DNA of 64,000 bases from IMG/VR virus record IMGVR_UViG_2833778570_000001, positions 14,239 to 78,238 of that record, one strand, 5' to 3'. Origin of the DNA: a virus (taxonomy: Duplodnaviria; Caudoviricetes). Every line of letters begins with the position of its first letter. Position 1 is the stretch's first letter. This document shows, one piece after another, positions 26,023 through 35,637 of this stretch. Below the pieces are notes generated by a model. It saw nothing but the letters and a program-made list of their open reading frames with translations, had not been told where the DNA came from and did no database searches. The position numbers and the translations under genes are program-made.

Positions 26023-26718
26023 TCAGCGGATGAGTCCCACTGCCGGGAACCCTCCGTACGGCAGGACGGCAGCGACTCCGAAGCGCAGCTTGCAACTGGC
26101 GAGGCGCTTCCCGCACCGGTCCTCTATGGCGCTGGACGTAGGCGTGTCGTTCACCTTCGCCACTGGCGGCCCCGCGTAGCCGCAGCCCTCGCCGCGGTAC
26201 TCCCAGGGGCACAGCTGCGTGATGATGCGCAAGGGGATGCGGACGCCATCCAGGTCGCACTTCGCAGCCAGGCTGAACTCGATGACGTGCTTGTTCTCCA
26301 CCGTCTTCTGGTCCACCACGAACTCGTCGTCCGGGAAGGCGTCCAGCGGCGAGGCGGTGGGGTTGATGCCTCCGGGGAAGTTCACCGCATCCAGGTAGCG
26401 GACGAAGGTGCGCTTCCGCAGGACGCGCGCGCCCAGCAGATCGTTCAGGTCCCTCGCCATGGCGCCGATGGTGCCGGCGACGTTGGCGAGCGTCAGGGTG
26501 GGCCGGGGTAGCCGCCCCATGCCGGACTTGTCGAAGCCCTTCACCTGGATAGCCCAGGGCTCGTACGCCATGCCCTGCCAGACGACGGGCCCGCGGAGGC
26601 CGTTGGTGCCCGCGTGGAAGTGGCTGACGCCCCCGCCAGGCAGGTTGGTGGCGTCCAGGACGAAGAGCTCCACGAGGGCCCCTGCGTCCAGCCTTTGGAT
26701 GTCGCTGGCGATGCTCAC
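26023..26718 (-). CDS. minor tail protein L
   Basis: VELFVLD, VWQG..Y, PRPTLTLAN, RKRTF.RYLD..NF and Cys cluster CPWEYRGEGC..D.CGKRLASCKLRF. Confidence 0.92.
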   Translation of the reverse strand: MSIASDIQRLDAGALVELFVLDATNLPGGGVSHFHAGTNGLRGPVVWQGMAYEPWAIQVKGFDKSGMGRLPRPTLTLANVAGTIGAMARDLNDLLGARVLRKRTFVRYLDAVNFPGGINPTASPLDAFPDDEFVVDQKTVENKHVIEFSLAAKCDLDGVRIPLRIITQLCPWEYRGEGCGYAGPPVAKVNDTPTSSAIEDRCGKRLASCKLRFGVAAVLPYGGFPAVGLIR

Positions 26719-27302
26719 CCTGCCTCCTCCTGGAACGTCGCGGTGAAGTCGTAGGCGTTGAAGCCCTTCGCGGTGCGGTGCCACTCCTCGCACACGACGT
26801 GCGCCGCCAGCTCGCCCGCGCCGGTGAAGGTGAGCGCGGCCCCGGTGGCTGGCGCCACAGCGAAGGTGACGAGCCCCGAGGCGGAGAGCACGTAGGCGGT
26901 CCCCGCCACCTGGGCGACGCCCGCGACGTAGATGGTCGGCGGCGCCGTCCAGTTCGTGGCCGGCACCAGCAGCTCCGGCGTCTCCGGGGACAGCGGTCGC
27001 CGCAGGAGCCACTGCGTCCGGGCCCCGTCCCCCGCCCCGAAGGGCTGCACGGCGACGGACCAGGCCGTGTCCGGGGTGACGAACTCGAAGGGCTCGACGC
27101 CCGCGCGTGCGCGCAGGAAGGCCTCCAGGGCGTCCGCGTTTAACTTCGCGAGGTTAGAGAACTGGAGGGCCCAGCGCCGCAGGACGGGGTTGAGGCCGTC
27201 CCCTGAGCGCTGCGAATAGCCGTCGCCGAACTGCGCCCTGCGCACGCGCGGCGCCGCGTCCGCCTGGGCGCCATAGTCGGGGGTGAAGGGGAAGCGCTCC
27301 AT
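26715..27302 (-). CDS. minor tail protein M with an internal inserted domain
   Basis: FGDGYSQR..DGLN..W, FLRARAGVEPFEF.P and C-terminal TATFQE of gpM; extra FGAGDGARTQW..LVTFAVAPATGA segment. Confidence 0.85.
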   Translation of the reverse strand: MERFPFTPDYGAQADAAPRVRRAQFGDGYSQRSGDGLNPVLRRWALQFSNLAKLNADALEAFLRARAGVEPFEFVTPDTAWSVAVQPFGAGDGARTQWLLRRPLSPETPELLVPATNWTAPPTIYVAGVAQVAGTAYVLSASGLVTFAVAPATGAALTFTGAGELAAHVVCEEWHRTAKGFNAYDFTATFQEEAG

Positions 27303-27615
27303 GCCTACCGCCTCCCGCCGAGATCCAGCCTGCTCATCCAAGCCATCTTCGGCGGAGGCGTGGACGACGGCCCCAGAGCGGCACTTCTGCCTGGCACCAG
27401 TTGGATACCAGGGTTTGTCCGCGCTTTATGTGGCGAGCCCCTGCGATGAGAGTGCGCCTGTCGTAGGTGTTCACCGCGCCCCGCCCTGGTTCGGAGCTGA
27501 CCCGGGCCAGCGAGCGTAGACAACGAGGCGGGCCACTCCGGCCCGATCGTCGAAAGCTGGTATGAGAGTTGATGGCTGGCTATCGACCAGCATGTCCATT
27601 CACTGGAGCATTTGA

Positions 27616-28407
27616 ATGCCTTCGAAGCACTTCCTGACTGCTTGCTCAGTTCTCACGCTCTTGGTCGCACTCCCCACGACTCCGGCACTGGCTGAGCCGT
27701 GGTATGGGGATTCCCCCGATCTGGCCTTGCGGAGCTGCCAGCATCTCTATGCCATGGGCGTCCGGCGCTCAGGCGTCTACTTTCTCAAGCCCGATGGCAC
27801 GCAGGCCCTCACTACGTACTGCGACATGGAGACGCAAGGGGGAGGGTGGGCGATGGTCTACAACAGCGTGCTCGGCACCAACACAACCGACTTCTGGAAC
27901 ATCCCCTATGCGGAGCGCCTGGGCCGCCGCGGCCGACCCAGCTTGGATTCCAACTTCTATGAGGGCAGCCTCTATCTCTACCGCAAGACAGAGTTCACAG
28001 ATGCTGTCAGGTATATGGATGTCGTCGAGGATCTTCGAGGCAAGACTGCCATCCTTTTCACGGCCCGGACTGATGGGTTCAATTCCAGCACGATGAGGTT
28101 CCATGGGCCCCAGCAACTTGGTGGTAGTCTTGCTGTCTACGACAGGCAGTTTTCTTCGGGATGGGCGTCTCCGGATTACGATGGCGATGCTACTTCTCTG
28201 GCGCAGTGTTCGCTCAATTACGCGAATGTCACGCAGCATTACTCTGGCTGCTGGGCATATAATCTCGGTGCCGATGCCGAAGCCCCAATTGAGGATGGCA
28301 GGGTTGGACCTCATTTGAATAGCTCCGTGGCGGTTGAACTCGGGCTTGTAACCGACGGCACGCAGCACACGCGTGTCCGCCGCATTACGCGCTTCGTGAG
28401 GTGGTAG
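27616..28407 (+). CDS. secreted fibrinogen-like YCDxxxxGGGW domain protein (moron)
   Basis: Signal peptide; RSC..SGVYFLKPDG..TYCDMETQGGGWAMV. Confidence 0.8.
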   Translation: MPSKHFLTACSVLTLLVALPTTPALAEPWYGDSPDLALRSCQHLYAMGVRRSGVYFLKPDGTQALTTYCDMETQGGGWAMVYNSVLGTNTTDFWNIPYAERLGRRGRPSLDSNFYEGSLYLYRKTEFTDAVRYMDVVEDLRGKTAILFTARTDGFNSSTMRFHGPQQLGGSLAVYDRQFSSGWASPDYDGDATSLAQCSLNYANVTQHYSGCWAYNLGADAEAPIEDGRVGPHLNSSVAVELGLVTDGTQHTRVRRITRFVRW

Positions 28408-28439
28408 TGCCAACGTAGGGCTCTCGTCAGACGGACGGA

Positions 28440-28849
28440 GCCCGGCTGTACGCGGCGGGCCACGCTGGTGGCGGATGCGCGGGCGGGCGCGAAGCTGCTC
28501 TTCCGCGCGTCGCTGCTGGCCGCGGGCACGAGCCGCGAGGAGGCCTTCCTCGCCGAGGCGCTGGAGCGCGACGCGACCTTCGCGCCCGCGCGAATCCGCC
28601 GGGGCGAGCTGCGGCTGACCACGGATGCCCGCGCCGCGCTGGAGGACTTTGAGGCGGTGCTGGCCCTGTCGCCCGCGGACGTGGATGCGCCGCGAGGCGG
28701 AGCGCGTGGCCCTTACGCGCAAGGCCGCCACCGCCGTCGTGCGCGCAAGCCGCACGGACGCCGCCCGGCGGCTGCTCGCGGAGTTCTGCGCGCGCACGCC
28801 GGAGGATCTGGACGCGCGGCTGGAACTGGCCGGGCTGCACCGCAGGTAG
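28440..28849 (+). pseudogene. TPR-like gene fragment, apparently frameshifted
   Basis: ARIRRGELRL..AALEDFEAVLALSPADVDA, then in another frame PEDLDARLELA; no clear start. Confidence 0.45.
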
Positions 28850-28854
28850 CCGTC

Positions 28855-29058
28855 GCCGCGGGGCTGTCGCGGGTGCTGAGCGACGTGCCGGTGCGGACCG
28901 GCTACCTGGAGGCCCAGGTGGGCGCGTCCTCCCTCACGGGCGCATACGCGCGCCTGGAGGGCGGGGCGCGGCTCCGGCAGAACCTGGGCATCTTCGGCTT
29001 TGCGGAGGGCAACGCCCGCGAGCGGATGGCTGGCATGGGCATCCGGTACACGTTCGGC
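28855..29058 (+). repeat. 204-bp diverged copy, inverted relative to 10190-10393 (lysis-terminal gene)
   Basis: First 64 bp identical, remainder highly similar; an imperfect version of the downstream hairpin is also retained. Confidence 0.9.
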
Positions 29059-29166
29059 TCGCAGTACAGCAGCCCGCTCCGAAGCATTGGGGCGAGCTGC
29101 TGCCCTCACCAAGCAAGCAGTGTCCTCGCAGAAAATCACCAAGAACAAACTGCGAGAATTTGGCAC

Positions 29167-30453
29167 CTAGTGAGTTTCTGGCCCAGCCACGACAGCGCCT
29201 GAACTCTTGCGGCCAGCATGGATAATATAGTTCAACGCCATATTGGCAGGCCGGGTCTCAGTATCGCCCCCCCCGACCCCGTGACCATGGCCCCCGCCGG
29301 AAATACCGTGCCCACGGTCCAAACGCGGCTCTCCGGGAGTATTGTCGGCACTATGCAGCGTCTGTACCCCATCCGACTCCAAAACAATGCCGCCATGCGA
29401 GTGAGAGCCATCGCCAGTCACTTTGAACGGCACCTTAGGCATGGCTGTCGCATAACCCTGAACCGATCCGAGCTGCCGGTTCGCGCCATCCACATCGCGA
29501 TTTTCCCCATCTCCACTTCCATTCAACCCTCGCACAAAACGCCCACGCAGATCAGGCACACGGAAGTGCTCAAACTTAGCCCCATAGACGTCTTGAATAA
29601 CGACGGCGAGCTCCGGATATGCCTTTGCACTGTAGAACCCCCCATCACACAGTAGCCAACCATCAGGGGGCGTCGTCCCGGCAAACGCCACGACAGATCC
29701 AATCGGAATTGGCGCTGCCTCTCTCTTAACCGGCGGAGCAAGCGCAGGAAAATGATACACAATCTGCCCTTCCTCCGAATCAACCGTAAGCGTTGCGCTC
29801 TGCGCGACGCGGAATCCACCCTCAAGCCCCATCTTGCGAGAGCAGACCATATTAACTGCTCTATTCGTAATGGTCCCCCCACGCAGAGCCATTTCTGCCA
29901 GAGATCCAGTGCAAGAAAATGCCCCCGCAGGACTCATCTGAAGTCGTTCGAGTCGCACAGAGGAGCCTTGGCTTCCATGACTAAGTGACATGGCAAACGC
30001 ACCATAGTCTGGGCGCATCGAGTAGCGAACCTGAAGTCCTCGAACTCCAAGCGCCATGCACTGATTAAATGCATCCCACGCCTTGGGATTGATACGTTTG
30101 ATATTTACCTGCAACTCACTCTTGACGTTCACAAGCTCAGAGTCTTCTCGCGTAAACAGCTTGGCCGTAGCTTCAGCTTCTTCTTTCGAGTAATGGCCGC
30201 CCAGCGAGAATGGTCCAAAGCCGACTCCCCCTCCTCCCCCGGCAGCCGCGCTTTGCGAACGACTCTCGCTCTCAAGGATCGCAGCCCGAACGTCCGAGAG
30301 CTGAAGCGACGAATTCTTTTCGCTGTAATAGTCGTAGACCCCCTGTCGCAGTATCTCCACACAATAGCTCTGCTCTGCATGAGCCGAACTCGCCATTGTC
30401 GTCACAGCGACCATGAGCGCAACACAGTTCACTTGGAGTCGCGTCCGAATCAT
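29167..30453 (-). CDS. secreted protein with C-terminal phage tail collar domain (moron)
   Basis: Signal peptide ending SAHA-E; PIGSVVAFAG..PDGWLLCDG..YPEL..PDLRGRFVRG..ETRPANMALNYII; lower GC. Confidence 0.8.
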   Translation of the reverse strand: MIRTRLQVNCVALMVAVTTMASSAHAEQSYCVEILRQGVYDYYSEKNSSLQLSDVRAAILESESRSQSAAAGGGGGVGFGPFSLGGHYSKEEAEATAKLFTREDSELVNVKSELQVNIKRINPKAWDAFNQCMALGVRGLQVRYSMRPDYGAFAMSLSHGSQGSSVRLERLQMSPAGAFSCTGSLAEMALRGGTITNRAVNMVCSRKMGLEGGFRVAQSATLTVDSEEGQIVYHFPALAPPVKREAAPIPIGSVVAFAGTTPPDGWLLCDGGFYSAKAYPELAVVIQDVYGAKFEHFRVPDLRGRFVRGLNGSGDGENRDVDGANRQLGSVQGYATAMPKVPFKVTGDGSHSHGGIVLESDGVQTLHSADNTPGEPRLDRGHGISGGGHGHGVGGGDTETRPANMALNYIIHAGRKSSGAVVAGPETH

Positions 30454-30638
30454 TGGCGCCCCTCATTATCACTAGAGTGATTCACTTTTTGGGAGCCTTC
30501 GCCAGACCAAGCGCTCCGAGTCGACCCGTCCCACTCGCCCCCCGAATCCTCGCCAGCCCAAACCTTGTTTTTGACGCATCCAGCAAGCAAAAGAGCAAGC
30601 GCACTCATCAGAATCCACTCCCGACGAAATCGTCGCAT
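30450..30638 (-). CDS. small lipoprotein (62 aa), coupled to the collar-domain gene
   Basis: GGAAAGG RBS, MRRFRREWILMSALALLLAGC lipobox, ATGA overlap. Confidence 0.55.
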   Translation of the reverse strand: MRRFRREWILMSALALLLAGCVKNKVWAGEDSGGEWDGSTRSAWSGEGSQKVNHSSDNEGRQ

Positions 30639-30843
30639 TTTGCCTTTCCGAATCAGTACTTCGAGGGGCTCTCGATAAAGATCATCGCCACCGCGACATG
30701 GACGTACTGCATCGAAAACTATATCCAGCACAGAGGAGGACATGAGGAGTGCCCTTGAGGGCTGGGTGTTCATGACCCCTGGAGGCAGCCTTTACCCGTC
30801 GAGAGAGTAGGCCAATCAGCCACATAGGGTGGTTAGCATCAGC

Positions 30844-33800
30844 CTACCTCCCCCGGACGAACGTGTACGTCATCCCGCCTGGAGCCATCTCCTCTCGCAT
30901 CACCTTGCGCACGGCGTCGGCGAGGCGTCGGCCGAGGCGCTCGGCCTCCGCGCGCCCGCCCTCCCCTGACGCGCTCACCTGGGAGGAGCCGTCCGCGTTG
31001 ACGGTGATGTAGAGGGTCTGGCTCACGTCCCCTCCCCCGAGCGCCTCGTTGGGGACGATGCGGCCAGAGCTGGAGGGGATGAAGAGCTCCGGCCCGAGCT
31101 CGCCTACCAGGTGCGCTTGGGACGCGCGGACGGACCCACCGGACGCGTGCGCACCGCCCAGCATGAATCCGTAGGTGCTGCTCATGTCCGCGCCGCCCAC
31201 CAGGGTGGAGCCGCTGCCGGACGACACCGTGCCGCTGAGGGCGTCCATGCCCAGGTTGACGAGGGCCATGAAGGCCTTCTGCGCCGCGAGCCGCGCCAGG
31301 TCCTTCAGGATGCCGTCCACCAGCGACGAGAACTCCAGCCGGCCCGTGGTGACGAAGTTCGCGAAGGCGTCCGCCATGTGCTGCGTGGCCGTGCCGACAA
31401 TCTCCTTCGTGTAGCTGAAGCCACCGTGCAGCTGGTCCTGGAGGCGCTCCACCTCCTGCCGGTACTGCTCCGCGGTGATGCGCCCCTCGGCGAAGAGCTG
31501 CTTCACCATCTCCAGCCGCTTCTGCAGCTCCGCCGTGGGGTTGAGCTGCTTGGCGAGCTGGTCCATTTCCGTCTTCAGCGCTGCCTCGGCCTTCCCTTCC
31601 GGCGTCCACATCGCCCGGGCCTTCTTCATGGCCGCTTCGAACTCCGCGGCCTTGAGGCGTCCCGCCTCCAGCTCCTCGCGGAGGACCTTCTGGGCCTGGC
31701 TGTACTTCTCCGTGTCCTGGTTGCCCAGCTCGCGGTTGAGGCTCTGGAGCACGCGCGCCCTTTCCTCCTCCGCCTTCTTCACCCGTTCCGTCTCCTCCTT
31801 CTGCTTCCGGATGGCCTCCAGCTGAGCGATGGCCGCGTCCGCCCGCGCCCTCATCTTCGGATCCGTCATCGAGCGGTACTCGTCGGAGAGCTGCTTCGCC
31901 TCGTCCTTCGTCTTGCCGAGGGTGCGCGCCTCCTCCTCCAGGTTCATCAGCCACTGTTCTTGGCGCTTCAGCAGCTTCTCCCGGGCCTTCTCCTCCTGCT
32001 CAGCCTCCTTGAGCGAGGTCTTCGTGTTGGCGGAGTTCTCCTTCGCGGCGGCCGCACCTGCTCTCGCTTCCTCCGACCGTGCCTCCTTCAATCTCTGAAG
32101 GCCCTTTTCGATGTCCGCGACGCGTTGCTGCTGGGCCGCAAGGTCCTTCTCAAGAGGGACCAGCTTCTCCTCGATCTGCGGCGCGAACCTGGGGTCTTTT
32201 CGGGCACGGGTGAAGTCCTTGGTGTCGGCGAGTCCCCACCGGTAATTCACCGTCATGATCAAGTTCTGCTTTTTCTTCACCTCGTCAGCAAGGCGCGACA
32301 CCTCGGCTCTGGCATTGGCAAGGTCCTCGCGCGTCAGCTTTTCGTAGACGGCGGACAGCTTGCCGACGCTGTCCACCTCTTCGGTGAGGAGATCCTGATA
32401 CCGCCCGCCCAACGTCGCCATCTCGGCCTTCGCGATGTTGAGCGCGGTCGCTGCCCGGGCTTGGTCCTGAAGGGCCCGGGTTTCCTTCAGCAGCTCAACG
32501 ATGATTTGGCTTCCTCGGCTCGCGTTCGACCCGGACTCCTGTGCGAACTGGCGCGTCTTCTCGCGAGCTTCGTCAGCCGCCCGTCCAAGTTCATGAAAGG
32601 CCGCCACTGCAAGAGTGAGCGCTCCCGTGATGATTCCGATGGGCCCACCCATGAAATCCAACGCCGCCTTGCCGGCCCGCGCGGCCACGGATGCCCCCTC
32701 GATGGCTGCCGCTTCCTTTACCTTCGCCAAGGCCAGCTCCGTGGACGCCAGCGTCGCCTTCTTCGTCGCCGACATCAGGCCGCCCTCAACAGCCGCCGAG
32801 GCCTGCAGCGCCGCGTACTTCTTCTCCAACATTGCCTGGGCAGAGCGCAGCGCGGCGATGCGGCTTTCGTCAGCGGACCGGGTGTACTTCGCCTCGGCAA
32901 GCGCCGCGTTCGTCGCCGACTCACGCGCCTGGTTGAGCGCTGTGGCCTTCGACACCAGCCCCTTCACCCACTCCTGAGCCCACGCCGCGCCCCGCATTGC
33001 GGCCACCACGACCAGTGCCTCCCCAAAGAGCTTCACCGCGTAGGTCGCCGTGTCGAAGTTCTCCGTCAGCGCGCGGATGCCCGGCTCCGCGGCTGAAAGA
33101 ATGTCGCTACCCACCTCGCCCTGGAGTTCTGAGAAACGCGCCCGGAGCTGGTCCAGGGCGAACTGCGGCGTCGAGGCCATCTTCTGGAAGGCCGCCTCGG
33201 TGCGTCCGGCGGAGTCCTGCATGTGCTTCAGCGAAGCCGCGAAGTCTGCGGACGCGGTACCAGTGAGCGTCATCACCGGCAGCAGCGCTTCTACCCCGCC
33301 GAAGAGCATGGCCATCTCCTCGGCGCTGCCGTGGGTCTTCTGGTTCACCTCCTCCAGGAAGCCCGCCAGTCCGCGGGCCTTGAGGGCGGTGACGGAGAAC
33401 TCCAAGCCGAGGGCGTTCGCGAGCTTCGATGCCTCCTGGGACGGCTTCGCGACGGCTGCAATGATGGCGCGCAGTCCCTCCATGGAGGTGGACGTCTGGA
33501 TGTTGTTCTTCGTCAGCGCGCCTGTGGCCGCGAGCAGCTCCGCGAGGCTGACTCCCGTTTGGGAGGCGATAGGGGCCACCCGACCGATGAAGCGCGAGAG
33601 GTCCTCGATGCTCGTCTTCCCGTCCGCCGCGGAGACGAACATCATGTCCGCCGCCTGGGTGACGTTGCGCAGCTGGCTCCCGTAGCTGGCCATGACGCCC
33701 GTCAGGCCGTCCGCTGCCGTCCTCACGTCCGTCACGCCGCCGATGGCCAGCTTGTTGGACACGGTGAGCAACTCCGTGGCCTTCGCCGCGTCGCTCGCAC

Positions 33801-34557
33801 CCGCGCTGAGGATTTCGTAGAGCGCCCCGGCCTGGTCCGTGGGCGTCCGGCCGAACTGGTTTCCCAGCTCCTTCACCTTCGCGGTGAGCGAGTCCATCAT
33901 CCCGAGTTGGTCCTGCTCAAGCACCGTGGACACCTGGGCCATGGCCGTCGAGAAGCGCAGCGCCTCCTCGGTGGCGCTCTTGATGGCAGCCCCCGCCGCC
34001 GCGACGCCAAGGAACTGGCCCGCCAGGCTCTTCATCCCGTCCGCGAACTTGCTCACCGGAGGCTCGGCCTTCGCGGCCTCCTCCCGCACCTTGCGGAGGG
34101 CGTCCGCTACGCCTTCCTTCTGCTTCCCCATCTCGTCGAAGCGCTTGTTGAGGGACTCCACGTGCGTCAAGAAGCGCGACAGCGCGGACGTGTCCGCGAG
34201 CGCTGCCTGGAGCTTCCCAGCCGCCCCTCCGAGGGACATGAGCTGGGCCTCCAGTGCCCCCGTCGCCGTCGCGGTCGCAGTAAAGGCCGTCTGAATCTTC
34301 GCGGCCGACTGCTCCAGTACCGAGAGGTGCGAGGTAGCGGACCGGATGTCGGCCAGGGCCTTCGTCGTGTTGCCCAGGCTCCGCGTCGCCTGGGCGAATG
34401 CCTTGCTGAGGGCCTCGGTCGCCGTCTCCAAGCCCGTCGTCTTCCGCTCCGTCTTCTCGGCAGCCGCTTCCACGCCACCCAGCGTCGTGACGGCCTCCTT
34501 CGCGTCGGAAGTGTCGATGCGGATGCTCAGCTCAGCCAGGTCGAAGCCGCCGGACAT
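30844..34557 (-). CDS. tail tape measure protein (TP901-type core, lambda-type C-terminus)
   Basis: 1237 aa, Ala-rich helical; LAELSIRIDT N-terminus; HASGGSV..HLVGELGPELFIP C-terminal motif. Confidence 0.95.
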   Translation of the reverse strand: MSGGFDLAELSIRIDTSDAKEAVTTLGGVEAAAEKTERKTTGLETATEALSKAFAQATRSLGNTTKALADIRSATSHLSVLEQSAAKIQTAFTATATATGALEAQLMSLGGAAGKLQAALADTSALSRFLTHVESLNKRFDEMGKQKEGVADALRKVREEAAKAEPPVSKFADGMKSLAGQFLGVAAAGAAIKSATEEALRFSTAMAQVSTVLEQDQLGMMDSLTAKVKELGNQFGRTPTDQAGALYEILSAGASDAAKATELLTVSNKLAIGGVTDVRTAADGLTGVMASYGSQLRNVTQAADMMFVSAADGKTSIEDLSRFIGRVAPIASQTGVSLAELLAATGALTKNNIQTSTSMEGLRAIIAAVAKPSQEASKLANALGLEFSVTALKARGLAGFLEEVNQKTHGSAEEMAMLFGGVEALLPVMTLTGTASADFAASLKHMQDSAGRTEAAFQKMASTPQFALDQLRARFSELQGEVGSDILSAAEPGIRALTENFDTATYAVKLFGEALVVVAAMRGAAWAQEWVKGLVSKATALNQARESATNAALAEAKYTRSADESRIAALRSAQAMLEKKYAALQASAAVEGGLMSATKKATLASTELALAKVKEAAAIEGASVAARAGKAALDFMGGPIGIITGALTLAVAAFHELGRAADEAREKTRQFAQESGSNASRGSQIIVELLKETRALQDQARAATALNIAKAEMATLGGRYQDLLTEEVDSVGKLSAVYEKLTREDLANARAEVSRLADEVKKKQNLIMTVNYRWGLADTKDFTRARKDPRFAPQIEEKLVPLEKDLAAQQQRVADIEKGLQRLKEARSEEARAGAAAAKENSANTKTSLKEAEQEEKAREKLLKRQEQWLMNLEEEARTLGKTKDEAKQLSDEYRSMTDPKMRARADAAIAQLEAIRKQKEETERVKKAEEERARVLQSLNRELGNQDTEKYSQAQKVLREELEAGRLKAAEFEAAMKKARAMWTPEGKAEAALKTEMDQLAKQLNPTAELQKRLEMVKQLFAEGRITAEQYRQEVERLQDQLHGGFSYTKEIVGTATQHMADAFANFVTTGRLEFSSLVDGILKDLARLAAQKAFMALVNLGMDALSGTVSSGSGSTLVGGADMSSTYGFMLGGAHASGGSVRASQAHLVGELGPELFIPSSSGRIVPNEALGGGDVSQTLYITVNADGSSQVSASGEGGRAEAERLGRRLADAVRKVMREEMAPGGMTYTFVRGR

Positions 34558-34666
34558 GATGATCCTTGGTTGCTGCAGGGGAAGTTGGGAATGACAGGGT
34601 CACGCGGGGCACCCTGGCGGACTTGCCCAGTGGCGACGAGCGATGGCTTGTGGTCGGCTTCCGACC

Positions 34667-35245
34667 ATGCGCGCACACCTCGTCCTCATGGGCCTGCTGT
34701 CCCTCTCCGCATGCGACCGGCGGGAGAAGGAGATGGAGCAGGCGCGGATCGCCAGCGTCCAACGCGAGAATGAGAAGTACGGAGGCGACGACCTGAGCTG
34801 GGAAGCTACAGGCGAGCGCCACACCACGTTTCTGCTTGTGCGGAACTACGGCACGCAAGACCCAGCGCAGATCCGCGAGGCGATGCTGAAGGGCCTCCCA
34901 GGCCTTGATGCGGGTAAGGAGGAGATGGAGCGAGACGGGTTTACCCACATCGGCCTTCGAGACCGCGACACTGGCATCGTGATGACCAAGCCGGTGGCGG
35001 AGCTTCGCGGCGCAGCAGCTGCGGTCGTAGAAGCCGGCGGTGCACCAGGGCCAGCCGAAGCTGGCGCCCCCGTTCCTTCGTGGGCGACGAAGCCTCCTGC
35101 CACCTTCAAGGACGCGAAACAGGCATCCTGCGCCGAGAAGGGCGCGCAGGCCTGCTGCTCGTATATCAGCAGCAAGTGCGTCTACCTTCTCTGCAGAGAC
35201 ACGTCGTTCAAGGCGTGGGGTGAGCAGCACACCAGTTGTAAGTGA
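34667..35245 (+). CDS. moron lipoprotein with Cys-rich C-terminus
   Basis: Lipobox LSAC; opposite strand between tail chaperone and tape measure genes. Confidence 0.75.
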   Translation: MRAHLVLMGLLSLSACDRREKEMEQARIASVQRENEKYGGDDLSWEATGERHTTFLLVRNYGTQDPAQIREAMLKGLPGLDAGKEEMERDGFTHIGLRDRDTGIVMTKPVAELRGAAAAVVEAGGAPGPAEAGAPVPSWATKPPATFKDAKQASCAEKGAQACCSYISSKCVYLLCRDTSFKAWGEQHTSCK

Positions 35246-35277
35246 ATTGGTCTCCACGCGCATCCCGCGGCTGGGCT

Positions 35278-35637
35278 TCACTTCTTCGAGACTTCGACCA
35301 GGAACGCTTCATCCAGCCGTCGGAGCAACTGCACCTCGAAGGGCGTGGGCCTGTTGCCGGAGAGGCGCCCCCAGGACTCCATGTCCGGGAAGGAGATGGG
35401 GTTGAGGGTGAAGGCGCCGGCGCCGCGGGCGTTGGACAGATCCGCGAACCACCCCCAGACGTGGGCGAGGGCGTCAGGCAGCGGGGGCGCCTCCAGCAGC
35501 TCCGGCGGCGGCTTCCCGGTGGCGCGCTCCACCTGCTCCAGGTGGGCGCGGACGGAGACGCCCTCCGCATCGGTGCGGCTCAGGCGGAATTCGTGGCGGG
35601 CGAAGACGAGGAGTCGCTCGCCCTCTCCTCGAAAAAA
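35278..35637 (-). CDS. tail assembly chaperone gpT-like region, reached by -1 frameshift
   Basis: -1 frame after T TTT TTC reads RGEGERLLVFARHEFRL..PPLPDALAHVWGWFADLS..NPISF..EVQLLRRLD. Confidence 0.8.
   Translation of the reverse strand, partial: FFRGEGERLLVFARHEFRLSRTDAEGVSVRAHLEQVERATGKPPPELLEAPPLPDALAHVWGWFADLSNARGAGAFTLNPISFPDMESWGRLSGNRPTPFEVQLLRRLDEAFLVEVSKK

Noticed and set aside
10190-29058. Site-specific invertible tail segment (Mu G / P1 C type)
   Set aside because: No invertase in the window; the repeats are diverged coding relics; gene order between them is the canonical orientation
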